From contig JAKOVY010000031.1 in the NCBI GenBank assembly GCA_029781825.1, forward strand, positions 4,297-68,296: a stretch of 64,000 bases of DNA, in the 5' to 3' direction. This document shows positions 1 through 9,467 of the stretch, one piece after another. The translations under genes and the position numbers were made by a program. The stretch comes from Bacillota bacterium (GTDB taxonomy: Bacteria > Bacillota > Syntrophomonadia > Syntrophomonadales > DTU052). The notes beneath the pieces were generated by a model. That model searched no databases. It was not told the origin of the DNA and worked only from the letters and a program-made list of their open reading frames with translations. How positions within the stretch are numbered: position 1 is the stretch's first letter; every line of letters starts with the position of its first letter.

Positions 1-191
1 GCATTTCGGTGATTGCCCTGATTTACCGGTGATCTGAACTTTGATATCCCTGCGGTTGAGGTAACGGGTAAAAGGATGTGGCCGTAGTATGTAATCGAAG
101 GAACGCGATTATTGACACGCCGAATTGCTGAAGGTTAAACTTTATAGGACTCCAAATCTTAAATGGGTAATTATCGAAAGGGAAATGATAT

Positions 192-611
192 ATGGCAGGT
201 TTTACTGAGTTCACTTGTTTTCAAATGAGATCCGCCATGAAAAAAATCGACCGTTATCTGGCCATCCAGCTGGAGGAGTACGGCGTAAGCGTGCCCCAGT
301 CCTTTGTGCTGTTTGCTCTGCTGGAAGAGGATGGCTCAACTCTGAAAGAGATCGGCACCAAGGCTCAAATCGACAGCTCTTCCATGACCGTGCTGGTTGA
401 CAAACTGGAAAACGAGGGATTTTTGGAAAGAAGGCTTGATTCTCAGGACCGTCGTGCGATTAGGGTCTTTCTGACCCCCAAGGGAAGAGAATTGGCCGAA
501 AAGGTTCTGGACCTGGCCGTCAATTTTAACCGCCGACTGCAGGAGTCTCTGGGAGATACCGAGGACTCTTTCCAGAAAGGGCTGGGACGGATCATCCGCA
601 GCTTTGAATAA
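192..611 (+). CDS. MarR-family transcriptional regulator
   Basis: 139-aa ORF with a winged-helix core (LKEIGTKAQIDSSSMTVLVDKLENEGFLERRLDSQDRRAIRVFLTPKGRE) typical of MarR. The start is ambiguous (ATG 192, 225 or 237). Confidence 0.85.
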   Translation: MAGFTEFTCFQMRSAMKKIDRYLAIQLEEYGVSVPQSFVLFALLEEDGSTLKEIGTKAQIDSSSMTVLVDKLENEGFLERRLDSQDRRAIRVFLTPKGRELAEKVLDLAVNFNRRLQESLGDTEDSFQKGLGRIIRSFE

Positions 612-652
612 ATAAAGAATAAGCCCGGCATCTGTATCGTGGAGGGCAGAAG

Positions 653-1411
653 ATGCGTTACGTAAGATATATGCGGGATGGACAGCCCCGACATGGGATT
701 ATTGAACAAGACCGGGTCTTGGAAATTGAAGCCCCTGGCGACAAAAAAGCCAGGTTCACCGGAAGGTCCCATGAGATAAATGATTATAAGCTTCTGGCTC
801 CGGTAATGCCGGGCAAGGTCATTGGGGTCGGACTGAATTACCAGGATCATATTGCGGAGTTCAACCACCGAATCCCGGATGAACCCGTGCTTTTTTTAAA
901 ACCGCCATCGTCAGTCATTGGAACCAACATGCATATAATATACCCAGGAATAAGTAAGCGAGTTGACTTCGAGGCTGAGTTGGCTGTGGTGATAGGTGAG
1001 GTTTGCCGCCATGTTTCGCCCAAGGAGGCCCTAAAGAAGGTATGGGGTTATACCTGCGGCAACGACGTTACCGCTCGGGATCTGCAGACCCGCGACGGCC
1101 AGTGGACCCGTGCCAAATCATTTGACACCTTTTGCCCGTTGGGCCCGTGGATTGAAACTGATATTGATCCGGGAAATCTGGATATTATTGCGCGGGTGAA
1201 CGGAGAGATCAGGTAGCATTCCAATACCAGCCGGATGCTCTTTCAAGTCGAAGAACTGATAGCCTTTGTTTCCAAAGTAATGACCCTTAACCCCGGGGAT
1301 GTTATCCTGACGGGAACCCCGAGCGGGGTTGGACCCCTGCAAGTGGGGGATGAAGTAAGCATTGAGATTGAGGGGATTGGAGTTCTAAGAAACAAGGTGA
1401 TTGCCGGTTAA
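653..1411 (+). pseudogene. Fumarylacetoacetate hydrolase (FAH) family protein interrupted by an in-frame TAG at 1214-1216 (nonsense pseudogene or read-through)
   Basis: ORF 653-1216 carries the FAH N-terminal and core motifs. The same frame stays open after the TAG to TAA 1409-1411 and encodes the conserved FAH C-terminus ([35 protein letters not shown]). RBS GGAGGG lies upstream of ATG 653. Confidence 0.8.
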
Positions 1412-1452
1412 TCGGTGAGAAAAAATCCGGTTCAGAAAGCAGAAGATTTCTG

Positions 1453-1480
1453 TTGACATGATCAAGCATTATGCTAAAAT
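1453..1480 (+). promoter_or_regulatory. Sigma-A type promoter upstream of speD (TTGACA-16 nt-TAAAAT)
   Basis: Consensus -35 TTGACA at 1453-1458 and -10 TAAAAT at 1475-1480, about 110 nt upstream of the speD start. Confidence 0.55.
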
Positions 1481-1591
1481 TGTTTTTGATTGAAAATCTG
1501 AGGAGGCGATAAAGGGTTGAAAAAAGAGGACAGACGATTATGTCTCATCGACCCTTTCAGTAACTAATTTAGGAAGGGAGGTTGAGAACGG

Positions 1592-1960
1592 GTGCAGTCT
1601 TTAGGGCGACACATCCTGGCCGAAATTTACGGATGCAGCTTTGAATTCCTGAATGATGTGGAAAAAGTTGAAGAAACCATGATCAACGCGGCTTTAGAGG
1701 CTGGTGCCGAGATTAGAGAGTTTGTTTTCCATAAGTTTAGCCCGCAGGGAGTCAGTGGAGTGGTGGTCATCTCGGAGTCCCATTTGGCCATACATACCTG
1801 GCCGGAGTTGGGATACGCTGCAGTAGATGTGTTTACCTGTGGTGATCATGTGAACCCCTGGGATGCGTGCAATTACCTGGTTGAGCATTTCGGAGCCACC
1901 AGCATGAACGCTACCGAGATAAAGCGCGGGCTAATAGAGAAGATGGAGGCAACAGCCTGA
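1592..1960 (+). CDS. speD: S-adenosylmethionine decarboxylase proenzyme (pyruvoyl-dependent, small bacterial type)
   Basis: 122 aa with a GTG start after RBS GGAAGGGAGG. It carries the self-cleavage motif VVISESHLAIHTWPE characteristic of SpeD/SpeH. Confidence 0.9.
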   Translation: MQSLGRHILAEIYGCSFEFLNDVEKVEETMINAALEAGAEIREFVFHKFSPQGVSGVVVISESHLAIHTWPELGYAAVDVFTCGDHVNPWDACNYLVEHFGATSMNATEIKRGLIEKMEATA

Positions 1961-2018
1961 GTTATTAGGGGGGATACTATTTTAGTAGACCGAAGACGGT
2001 TTAGGGTTCTGAGGATAT

Positions 2019-2066
2019 AAAAGGCCTTGTTCGCGAGAGAGGTGAACGAGGTCTTTTATATTTTTA
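2019..2066 (+). terminator. Rho-independent terminator after speD
   Basis: 13-bp stem AAAGGCCTTGTTC / GAACGAGGTCTTT (two G-U pairs) with an 11-nt loop, followed by TTTTATATTTTTAT. Confidence 0.7.
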
Positions 2067-2155
2067 TAGCCCGTTGGTATCCCCAATTGACGATGGTAAA
2101 ATTATTACAACAATACCAGCTGTTCTCAACAAGCGTTTGTGAAGGGGGAGAGGAC

Positions 2156-3640
2156 TTGGGAAATGAGTACATAATGGCGATTGACCAGGGAACGACCGGG
2201 ACTACGGTATTGATTTTTGATGAGATGGGGAGGATTGTATCACGGGCGTATAACGAATTCTCTCAGATTTATCCGCAGCCCGCATGGGTGGAACATGATC
2301 CCCAGGAGATCTGGGCGGTTACCCTGGGGACTGCCAAGCAAGCCCTCTTGATGAACAACCTGCACAGCAGACAGATCAAGGCTATCGGGATCACCAATCA
2401 GAGGGAGACCACGGTAGTCTGGGACAGGAATACCGGTCAGCCGGTCTACAACGCCATCGTCTGGCAATGCCGCCGCACCGCTCCCATCTGTGATGAGCTC
2501 CGAAAACAGGGACTTGAACCCTACATCAAAGCCACCACCGGGCTGCTGGTCGATGCCTATTTCTCAGGAACCAAGCTCCTCTGGATACTGGACAATGTGC
2601 CCCGGGCCCGGGAGAGGGCGGAAAGGGGTGAACTGCTGTTTGGGACCATCGACGCGTGGCTTTTGTGGAAGCTGACCGGAGGACAGGTGCATGCCACCGA
2701 CTATTCCAATGCTTCCCGGACCATGCTCTTTGACATCCACAACCTACGTTGGGACCAAAAGCTATTGGAAGAACTCAACATCCCCGGGGAGATGCTGCCC
2801 GAGGTCAGGAGTTCCAGCGAGATTTATAGCTATTCGGATCCGGAAATCCTGGGCTCCGCCATAGCCATCGCGGGAATTGCCGGCGACCAGCAGGCGGCAT
2901 TATTCGGACAGGCTTGTTTTCAACCGGGAACAGCCAAGAATACCTATGGCACCGGTTGTTTTTTGTTGATGAACACCGGTTCCCAACCGATTATCTCAAA
3001 AAGCGGGCTTATCACCACCATCGCCTGGGGGGTGAACAACAAGGTCGATTACGCCCTGGAGGGGAGCATCTTTATTGCCGGTGCCGCCATCCAATGGCTG
3101 CGTGATGAGATGCGTATGATCACCACGGCGGCTGAGTCTGAATCTATTGCCATGTCGGTGCCCAATAATGCCGGGGTTTATCTGGTTCCGGCCTTTGTCG
3201 GCCTGGGAGCACCATATTGGGATATGTATGCCCGCGGCACCCTGGTGGGTTTGACCCGGGGAACCCGAAGAGAGCATGTGGTGAGAGCGGCCCTGGAATC
3301 CATTGCCTATCAGACCAATGATGTGCTGGAGGCGATGAGCGAAGATGCAGGCATCAGCCTGAACTCCTTAAAAGTGGATGGCGGGGCGGTGGTGAACAAT
3401 TTCTTGATGCAGTTTCAAGCCGACATCCTGAATGTTGAAGTGGAGAGACCGGTTGTTCAGGATACCACTGCCATGGGAGCGGCATTCCTGGCGGGCCTGG
3501 CAGTGGGCTATTGGGAAAGCATGGAAGAAATTGAGAACATCCGGGCGATTGACAGGAGGTTTATTCCCTCCATGAGCACAGAGGAGAGGAAGGAGCTTCT
3601 GGACGGGTGGCGAAAAGCGGTGAACCGCACCCTGAGGTAA
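2156..3640 (+). CDS. glpK: Glycerol kinase
   Basis: Carries [15 protein letters not shown] and other FGGY-kinase motifs along the full length. TTG 2156 follows GGGGGAGAGGA and gives the usual N-terminal length; ATG 2174 is an alternative start. Confidence 0.93.
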   Translation: MGNEYIMAIDQGTTGTTVLIFDEMGRIVSRAYNEFSQIYPQPAWVEHDPQEIWAVTLGTAKQALLMNNLHSRQIKAIGITNQRETTVVWDRNTGQPVYNAIVWQCRRTAPICDELRKQGLEPYIKATTGLLVDAYFSGTKLLWILDNVPRARERAERGELLFGTIDAWLLWKLTGGQVHATDYSNASRTMLFDIHNLRWDQKLLEELNIPGEMLPEVRSSSEIYSYSDPEILGSAIAIAGIAGDQQAALFGQACFQPGTAKNTYGTGCFLLMNTGSQPIISKSGLITTIAWGVNNKVDYALEGSIFIAGAAIQWLRDEMRMITTAAESESIAMSVPNNAGVYLVPAFVGLGAPYWDMYARGTLVGLTRGTRREHVVRAALESIAYQTNDVLEAMSEDAGISLNSLKVDGGAVVNNFLMQFQADILNVEVERPVVQDTTAMGAAFLAGLAVGYWESMEEIENIRAIDRRFIPSMSTEERKELLDGWRKAVNRTLR

Positions 3641-3905
3641 AACACTTGCTTGAGTGCTTGATAACTATATCGCCGGAAGATAGAAATAAGGCAGAGTTTC
3701 CGTGCATTGACTGTCGTCCTAAAGAGGCAGAGCAAAAGTTAACTGACTGTATATGGCCTTATAGAAACCAGCGTGAGAAAACCCCGGAATGAATTCCGGT
3801 GGGTTATTAATGATTATCGTGTATATTTATACATTTTTTAACCTAACAGTAGAGCTCCCTTAGATGTTGCTCTAGAACGTCTGCGTTGGCTTGAATACAG
3901 GAATT

Positions 3906-4181
3906 ATGGATGGCAAACAAAGCAGAGATGCTTACCCTGGTCCGGTTATAATAGATAACCCCAATAGTGGTGTTAACGATGATAGATACTGGACAGGTGT
4001 GTCCGCCGAACCTCTAGTACTCAATGAAGATTTTATTAATAAAGCTTGGAACAACGAAATTGATTCGCACATTCTCCATAACACTCATATAATCCTGAGT
4101 CCTGTGTATGGAGAAAATACCTGTGATTCTTATTTCTTCAAGCTATTGACGATAACCCCAAGATGGATGAGAGACCTATGA
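3906..4181 (+). CDS. Hypothetical protein (orphan, in the low-GC islet)
   Basis: 91-aa ORF (ATG 3906; the TTG 3891 extension is possible). Its composition is AT-rich relative to the flanks and I recognise no family. Confidence 0.4.
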   Translation: MDGKQSRDAYPGPVIIDNPNSGVNDDRYWTGVSAEPLVLNEDFINKAWNNEIDSHILHNTHIILSPVYGENTCDSYFFKLLTITPRWMRDL

Positions 4182-4266
4182 GGATTTACTTGCAAACCTG
4201 GCAAGTATGCCCTTGTTATGAGCGATTACCACTGTTAATGTGACTTATGAATTTAGGGGTGAAGAA

Positions 4267-4500
4267 ATGAGGTATAAGACTGACAAACGCTTTTTTCCGA
4301 TAAGTCTTATGGAGAAAGCTATTGAAAAGCTGGAGAATCAGATCAGGCAGGTAGAGGAAGCGAGTGATGATGAGTCGCATATCAATTGGGTAAGGCGTGT
4401 GAATAATTCCTGGATTTTGGAGTTAATATCAGCCATTGCGTATCTTAGAGACGCCAAAGAGATACCTAAATTGGATGGTTTAGACCTTGAGGAGGATTAA
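4267..4500 (+). CDS. Hypothetical protein (orphan, in the low-GC islet)
   Basis: 77-aa ORF with a good RBS (TAGGGGTGA, 6 nt before ATG 4267). It has an acidic C-terminus and I recognise no family. Confidence 0.5.
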   Translation: MRYKTDKRFFPISLMEKAIEKLENQIRQVEEASDDESHINWVRRVNNSWILELISAIAYLRDAKEIPKLDGLDLEED

Positions 4501-4652
4501 CGTGGTCTTTATCACGAAAGCATTTATTGTGCTTATAAAAGCATTTACATTTTCACTCACTAGACTAAAGGAAATAGAGTATAGGGCAGCATTGGGGACT
4601 ATCAATATGAGGGTTGGCGCCAACGCGCTGAACAAAAGAGAGGGCAGTTCGG

Positions 4653-6083
4653 TTGGTTTATGATGTGGTGATAATTGGCGGCGGGGTGATTGGTGCTGCT
4701 GTTGCCCGAGCTCTATCCCGTTTCCAGTTGTCGGTTATCTTAATTGAAAAAGAGCATGACCTGGCTATGGGAGCCAGCGGGGCCAACAGCGGTATTGTAC
4801 ATGCCGGTTATGATCCGCTCCCGGAGAGCAACAAAGCCTCTTTGTGTGTGCGTGGCAACCGGCTGATGGAGAGCCTGTGCGCAGAACTTCGGGTGCCTTT
4901 CAGGCGAACGGGTTCGCTGGTAGTGGGGTTTTCAGACGATGACCTCGCGGTGTTGGAGGAGCTGCTGGCAAGAGGAAGGCGGAACGGACTGTCGGGACTT
5001 GAAATCTTAGACCAGACCCGGTTGTTGGCAAGAGAGCCCAACCTGTCGCCGCAAGCCAGGTATGCATTGTACGCGCCCCAGGCCGGGATTGTGTGCCCCT
5101 ACACCCTGACAATTGCCCTGGCCGAGAATGCGGTTCAAAACGGGGTGGCGGTACAATGTGGGACCAGGGCTGCCGGAATCGAGCGTGATAAAGGAAGAGT
5201 ATCCGGAGTTGTGACTTCCCGAGGTTTAATCCCCTGCCGTTATGTAGTCAACGCTGCCGGGGTGTGGTCGGATGAGGTAGCCGGCTGGGCAGGTTCGCCC
5301 TCCCATACCATCATGCCCTATCGGGGCGAGTACTGTTTGCTGGACAAGAAAAAAGGTGATTTGGTGCGGCAGGTTCTGTTTCCGCTCCCGGGAGCAAAGA
5401 CGAAGGGGATACTGGTTGCACCGACGGTCAGCGGAAACATTCTGCTGGGGCCCAACCGGAGTCTGGTGCAAGACCGAGAGGATCGGGCTACCACTGATGA
5501 AGGTATTGATGAGGTACTTACCGGTGCAAAAAAACTGGTGCCGGGAATAGATGAAAAGGATGTTATTACTTCTTTTGCCGGTATCCGAGCGGTTTCCGAC
5601 AGCGGCGAATTTGTTATCGGGCCTGCCAATTTAAAGGGCTTCATTAATGTGGGGGGGATTCAATCCCCCGGGTTAACAGCGGCCCCGGCCATCGCAGAAA
5701 TGGTGACGGATATCCTGCGGGAGGAGGGCTTGAAGTTACGCGAAAAGCCGGGCTTTATTCCCCATCGCAAGGGTATCTTCAATTTTGCGGCCGCAAGCAT
5801 TGAAGAGCGGCAGTCTCAAATTGCGAGGAACCGGTTATTTGGCGAGGTAGTATGTCGCTGCGAAACGGTTACGGCGGGAGAGATTATTGAAGCAATTAAT
5901 CGCCCGGTTGGTGCCGGGACCCTGGATGCGGTAAAGCGGCGGACTCGAGGCGGTATGGGCCGTTGTCAGGGCGGGTTTTGCAGTTTCAGGATGGCCGGCA
6001 TTATATCCTCCGAATTGGGAATACCAGTAGATAAGATCACCAAGAACGGCCCGGGTTCGGAACTGATACGGCTGCGAATGTAA
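4653..6083 (+). CDS. FAD-dependent glycerol-3-phosphate dehydrogenase/oxidase with a C-terminal BFD-like [2Fe-2S] domain
   Basis: TTG start. It carries the dinucleotide fold DVVIIGGGVIGAAVA and the C-terminal motif CRCETVTAGEI...GRCQGGFC. It sits next to glpK. Confidence 0.85.
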   Translation: MVYDVVIIGGGVIGAAVARALSRFQLSVILIEKEHDLAMGASGANSGIVHAGYDPLPESNKASLCVRGNRLMESLCAELRVPFRRTGSLVVGFSDDDLAVLEELLARGRRNGLSGLEILDQTRLLAREPNLSPQARYALYAPQAGIVCPYTLTIALAENAVQNGVAVQCGTRAAGIERDKGRVSGVVTSRGLIPCRYVVNAAGVWSDEVAGWAGSPSHTIMPYRGEYCLLDKKKGDLVRQVLFPLPGAKTKGILVAPTVSGNILLGPNRSLVQDREDRATTDEGIDEVLTGAKKLVPGIDEKDVITSFAGIRAVSDSGEFVIGPANLKGFINVGGIQSPGLTAAPAIAEMVTDILREEGLKLREKPGFIPHRKGIFNFAAASIEERQSQIARNRLFGEVVCRCETVTAGEIIEAINRPVGAGTLDAVKRRTRGGMGRCQGGFCSFRMAGIISSELGIPVDKITKNGPGSELIRLRM

Positions 6084-6217
6084 CATTTACTAACAGCCAA
6101 AACAAGCTTTCATAAAATTGGCTTTTGGGTTAAAATCATATGTGTCGTGTGTGTCCCTGATCCAGACGGCAAGTTCAACTTTTGCCCAGGAGCTTGGGTG
6201 AAGAAAGGAAATATGCG

Positions 6218-6961
6218 ATGAAAATGCCTTTAGTCCAGGAACTGAACGAGCTAACTGAAACCGAACTCCTGCTGAGAGAGTGTCTGCTTCCGTGGGAGGA
6301 ATACCTGTACGGATACAGGAATGAACTGAAAAAGGTAATACACTGGACAGCCCTGCCGGCGATTACGGTGGCAGTGAACCGTCGTTTTGACAGTGACGAC
6401 CGTTGGGGATCACACATGGCGGCCATATTTGCCCTTATTTATCTGGCGGACCATATACACTGCAGTGTAAAAGAGGACGAAGAGTACAGTCCTCAAGGGG
6501 TTCAATATCCCATTCTATTGGGGGATTATTTTTTCAGCAAAGCGGTAGGCTTGCTGGAGCGTGTAAATGGTCATTATCTGCTCCAGCATTTTGCTGAGCT
6601 GATGTGCACGGTAAATGAGGGCCATGTTATGAGGAAGCTTGCCGAAGACAAACCCGATTTGGTGACTCTGGGGTACGAGAAAGCCAGCTATTACAAGTAT
6701 TCCTTCCTGACCGCAGCAGTTGCCGGCGGGTGCGGTGCCCTGGAACGCAGGTTTTACGAGGAAAACGGATTCAATCTCGGCATGGCCATAACCCTCTACG
6801 ATGAAGGGCTGGATAAGATAGCTTTCGGTTATCTGGAAAAAACCCGTGCCCTTATGTCATCCTGGGCTCGTCCGCGGAACGACAGGATATGTATAATAAG
6901 AAGCTTGGCCGAGGAACTGATCAAGAGCATAAAGCCTGCTCAGGAGGTAGTGGCAATCTAA
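6218..6961 (+). CDS. Polyprenyl-synthase-like protein lacking both Asp-rich motifs (probable non-catalytic partner subunit)
   Basis: It aligns by eye to the prenyl synthase at 10242-11210: LIYLADHIHCSVKED vs LVHMATLVHDDVID, GDYFFSKAV vs GDYMLAKAL, and GMAITLYDEGLD vs GMSFQITDDILD. The DDxxD motifs are replaced. Confidence 0.6.
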   Translation: MKMPLVQELNELTETELLLRECLLPWEEYLYGYRNELKKVIHWTALPAITVAVNRRFDSDDRWGSHMAAIFALIYLADHIHCSVKEDEEYSPQGVQYPILLGDYFFSKAVGLLERVNGHYLLQHFAELMCTVNEGHVMRKLAEDKPDLVTLGYEKASYYKYSFLTAAVAGGCGALERRFYEENGFNLGMAITLYDEGLDKIAFGYLEKTRALMSSWARPRNDRICIIRSLAEELIKSIKPAQEVVAI

Positions 6962-7037
6962 GGGGGTTACTGATCGAATCGTAATGCGGGCGGTTGCTTA
7001 AGGCGGCCGGGCGAATATTTTAATCGGAGGGACTGGT

Positions 7038-8486
7038 TTGGCATACAGAGACTTGCAGGATTTTGTCAACCTCTTGGAAAAACGCGGTGAGCTAAAACGG
7101 GTTTCGGTAGAGGTTGACCCGGAACTGGAAATAACGGAAATAACGGATCGTATTAGCAAGGCCTACGGCCCTGCTTTACTTTTTGAGAAGGTTAAAGGCT
7201 CCCGGATACCGCTCCTTATAAACGCCATGGGCACTCATGAGCGCATGGCACTGGCTCTGGAGGTTGAATCTCTGGACGATATTGCCCGGGAGATCACCGA
7301 GCTTTTTCAGCTGGCTGACGTGCCTTCGTCTTTGCTGGAAAAGATGAGGGTACTGCCGCGTCTGGCGCAGCTGGCGTCCTATGGTCCCCGGCTGGTCAAG
7401 AGCGGTGTATGCCAGGAAGTAGTCATCAAGGATAATCCTTCGCTGGACATCCTTCCTATTATAAAGTGCTGGCCGGAGGATGGCGGCAAATATATTACCC
7501 TCCCTCTGGTTATCACCAAAGATCCTGATACCGGCAAACGCAATATGGGGATGTACCGTCTCCAGGTTTTTGACAATCAGACTACGGGTATGCACTGGCA
7601 TATGCATCATGACGGGGCCAAAAACTATCAGAAGTATTGCGAAAAAGGAATGCCCACCCCGGTAGCCGTGGCTCTGGGATGTGACCCGGCCGTGATTTAC
7701 AGTGCCACCGCCCCGCTGCCGAAGGATATCGATGAATTAATCCTGGCCGGATTTCTGCGCAAACAACCGGTGGAATTGGTCAAATGCAAGACGGTCGACC
7801 TGGAGGTTCCCGCCAATGCCGAGATTGTCCTGGAGGGATACGTGAATCCGGGTGAGACGCGCTTGGAAGGACCGTTTGGGGATCATACCGGTTACTATTC
7901 CCTTACCGACCATTACCCGGTTTTCCGCCTGACCTGCATAACCCACCGTAAAAATCCGATTTATCCTGCGACCATAGTGGGCAAGCCCCCTATGGAGGAT
8001 TGCTATATGGCCAAGGTTACGGAGAGGATATTCCTGCCGGTACTAAAGTTTCTGCTGCCGGAAGTGGTAGACATCAACCTCCCGATGGAAGGGGTATTCC
8101 ACAACTGTGTCCTGGTTTCGATCAAAAAGGAGTTCCCCGGCCATGCCCAGAAGGTGATGAACGCCCTGTGGGGGCTCGGTCAGATGATGTTTGCCAAATT
8201 TATTGTGGTGGTGGATGAACAGGTAAATGTCCAGAATGTGTCCGAGGTCATGTGGAAGGTGTTTAACAATGTTGACCCGAAGCGAGATCTGTTGATTGTT
8301 GAAGGTCCCCTGGATGTCCTTGATCATTCCGCACCGCTGCCGCTTTTTGGCGCCAAAATGGGAATAGATGCCACCAAAAAATGGCCGTCGGAAGGGCACA
8401 CCCGGGAATGGCCCAATGACATAGTGATGGACCAGGCAATAAAGGAGATGGTTACAAAGAAGTGGAGAGAATATGGGCTGGACTAG
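7038..8486 (+). CDS. UbiD-family prenylated-FMN-dependent decarboxylase (menaquinone biosynthesis type)
   Basis: 482 aa with a TTG start after GGAGGGA. The N-terminus MAYRDLQDFVNLLEKRGELKRV and the full-length architecture are typical of UbiD. Confidence 0.9.
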   Translation: MAYRDLQDFVNLLEKRGELKRVSVEVDPELEITEITDRISKAYGPALLFEKVKGSRIPLLINAMGTHERMALALEVESLDDIAREITELFQLADVPSSLLEKMRVLPRLAQLASYGPRLVKSGVCQEVVIKDNPSLDILPIIKCWPEDGGKYITLPLVITKDPDTGKRNMGMYRLQVFDNQTTGMHWHMHHDGAKNYQKYCEKGMPTPVAVALGCDPAVIYSATAPLPKDIDELILAGFLRKQPVELVKCKTVDLEVPANAEIVLEGYVNPGETRLEGPFGDHTGYYSLTDHYPVFRLTCITHRKNPIYPATIVGKPPMEDCYMAKVTERIFLPVLKFLLPEVVDINLPMEGVFHNCVLVSIKKEFPGHAQKVMNALWGLGQMMFAKFIVVVDEQVNVQNVSEVMWKVFNNVDPKRDLLIVEGPLDVLDHSAPLPLFGAKMGIDATKKWPSEGHTREWPNDIVMDQAIKEMVTKKWREYGLD

Positions 8487-9330
8487 ATTCATCAGGTTTT
8501 TAAACCTTATCGATTTCCAACATACGATTTTTGGGCTTCCATTTGCATATTTGGGAGCTTTTTTAGCTTTACCCGGTTTTCCGGGCTGGCTCAAGCTTTT
8601 CTGGATCACCGTAGCCATGGTTGGTGCTCGAACAGCCGCCTTATGCATGAACCGGGCCATTGACATTCACATTGACCGCAAAAATCCCCGCACCGCCCAC
8701 TGGCCGCTGCCGAGAGGGGAATTCTCACTCGGTCTGACCTGGGGTGTTGCTATAGTATCGCTGGTCGTATTGGTAATAGCCGCCTGGCAGTTGAATCCGC
8801 TCTGCCTCAAACTGTCCCCCCTGGCCATCCTTGCTCTGTGGGGTTATTCATATACCAAGCGCTTTACCTGGTGGTGCCACCTGTGCCTTGGTTTGGCCAT
8901 TGGTATAGGGCCTACCGCCGGTTGGATTGCCGTCACCGGTGAGTTCGCCTGGCAGCCGGTTCTTCTTACTCTGGCGGTTGCCTTTTGGATCGCCGGTTTC
9001 GATACCGTATATGCCTGTCAGGACATAGAATTCGACCGCCGGGAAGGGCTGTACTCCATACCGGGTCGTTTCGGAGCCCGCGGAGCTCTTAACTTTGCCC
9101 GGGTCTTTCACTTCCTGACCCTGGTTTGTTTTGTGGGAACAGGCCTGGTCCTGGGGTTGGGGTGGTTTTATTATCTGGGAGTTGCCTTTGCTGGTGCTAT
9201 TCTTATATATGAGCATTCCCTGGTTTCGGCTGAAAACCTGGACTTGGCAAACTTTGCCGCCTTTAAGGTCAACCGTTATGTAAGCTCCACCATGTTTGTA
9301 ACGACCTTGCTTGATCTCTTCCTTTTCTGA
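8473..9330 (+). CDS. UbiA-family aromatic prenyltransferase (menaquinone pathway)
   Basis: Polytopic membrane protein with the motif NRAIDIHIDRKNPRT and a second D-rich loop (CQDIEFDRREG). It overlaps the UbiD gene by 14 nt. Confidence 0.88.
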   Translation: MGWTRFIRFLNLIDFQHTIFGLPFAYLGAFLALPGFPGWLKLFWITVAMVGARTAALCMNRAIDIHIDRKNPRTAHWPLPRGEFSLGLTWGVAIVSLVVLVIAAWQLNPLCLKLSPLAILALWGYSYTKRFTWWCHLCLGLAIGIGPTAGWIAVTGEFAWQPVLLTLAVAFWIAGFDTVYACQDIEFDRREGLYSIPGRFGARGALNFARVFHFLTLVCFVGTGLVLGLGWFYYLGVAFAGAILIYEHSLVSAENLDLANFAAFKVNRYVSSTMFVTTLLDLFLF

Positions 9331-9467
9331 AGGGGTTGTGGTTGGAACCCGGCCATCAATAAGGTAGAATACGATTGCGCGATATCGGGGAAGAGTCACA
9401 CGTCATGATGGACCCGTTGCCAGCCCCGGTTGAGGAAGTGTTGAATGGAGGGACAGGGGGAAGCAAT

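Noticed and set aside
1214-1216. The in-frame TAG of the FAH gene read as dedicated pyrrolysine coding.
   Set aside because: TAG is used as the normal stop by several genes in this window (hemA, pta, rpmF, gpr). The position corresponds to a conserved Gln one transition away, and no pyl genes or PYLIS-like context can be seen here. It is kept only as a low-probability alternative in the finding.
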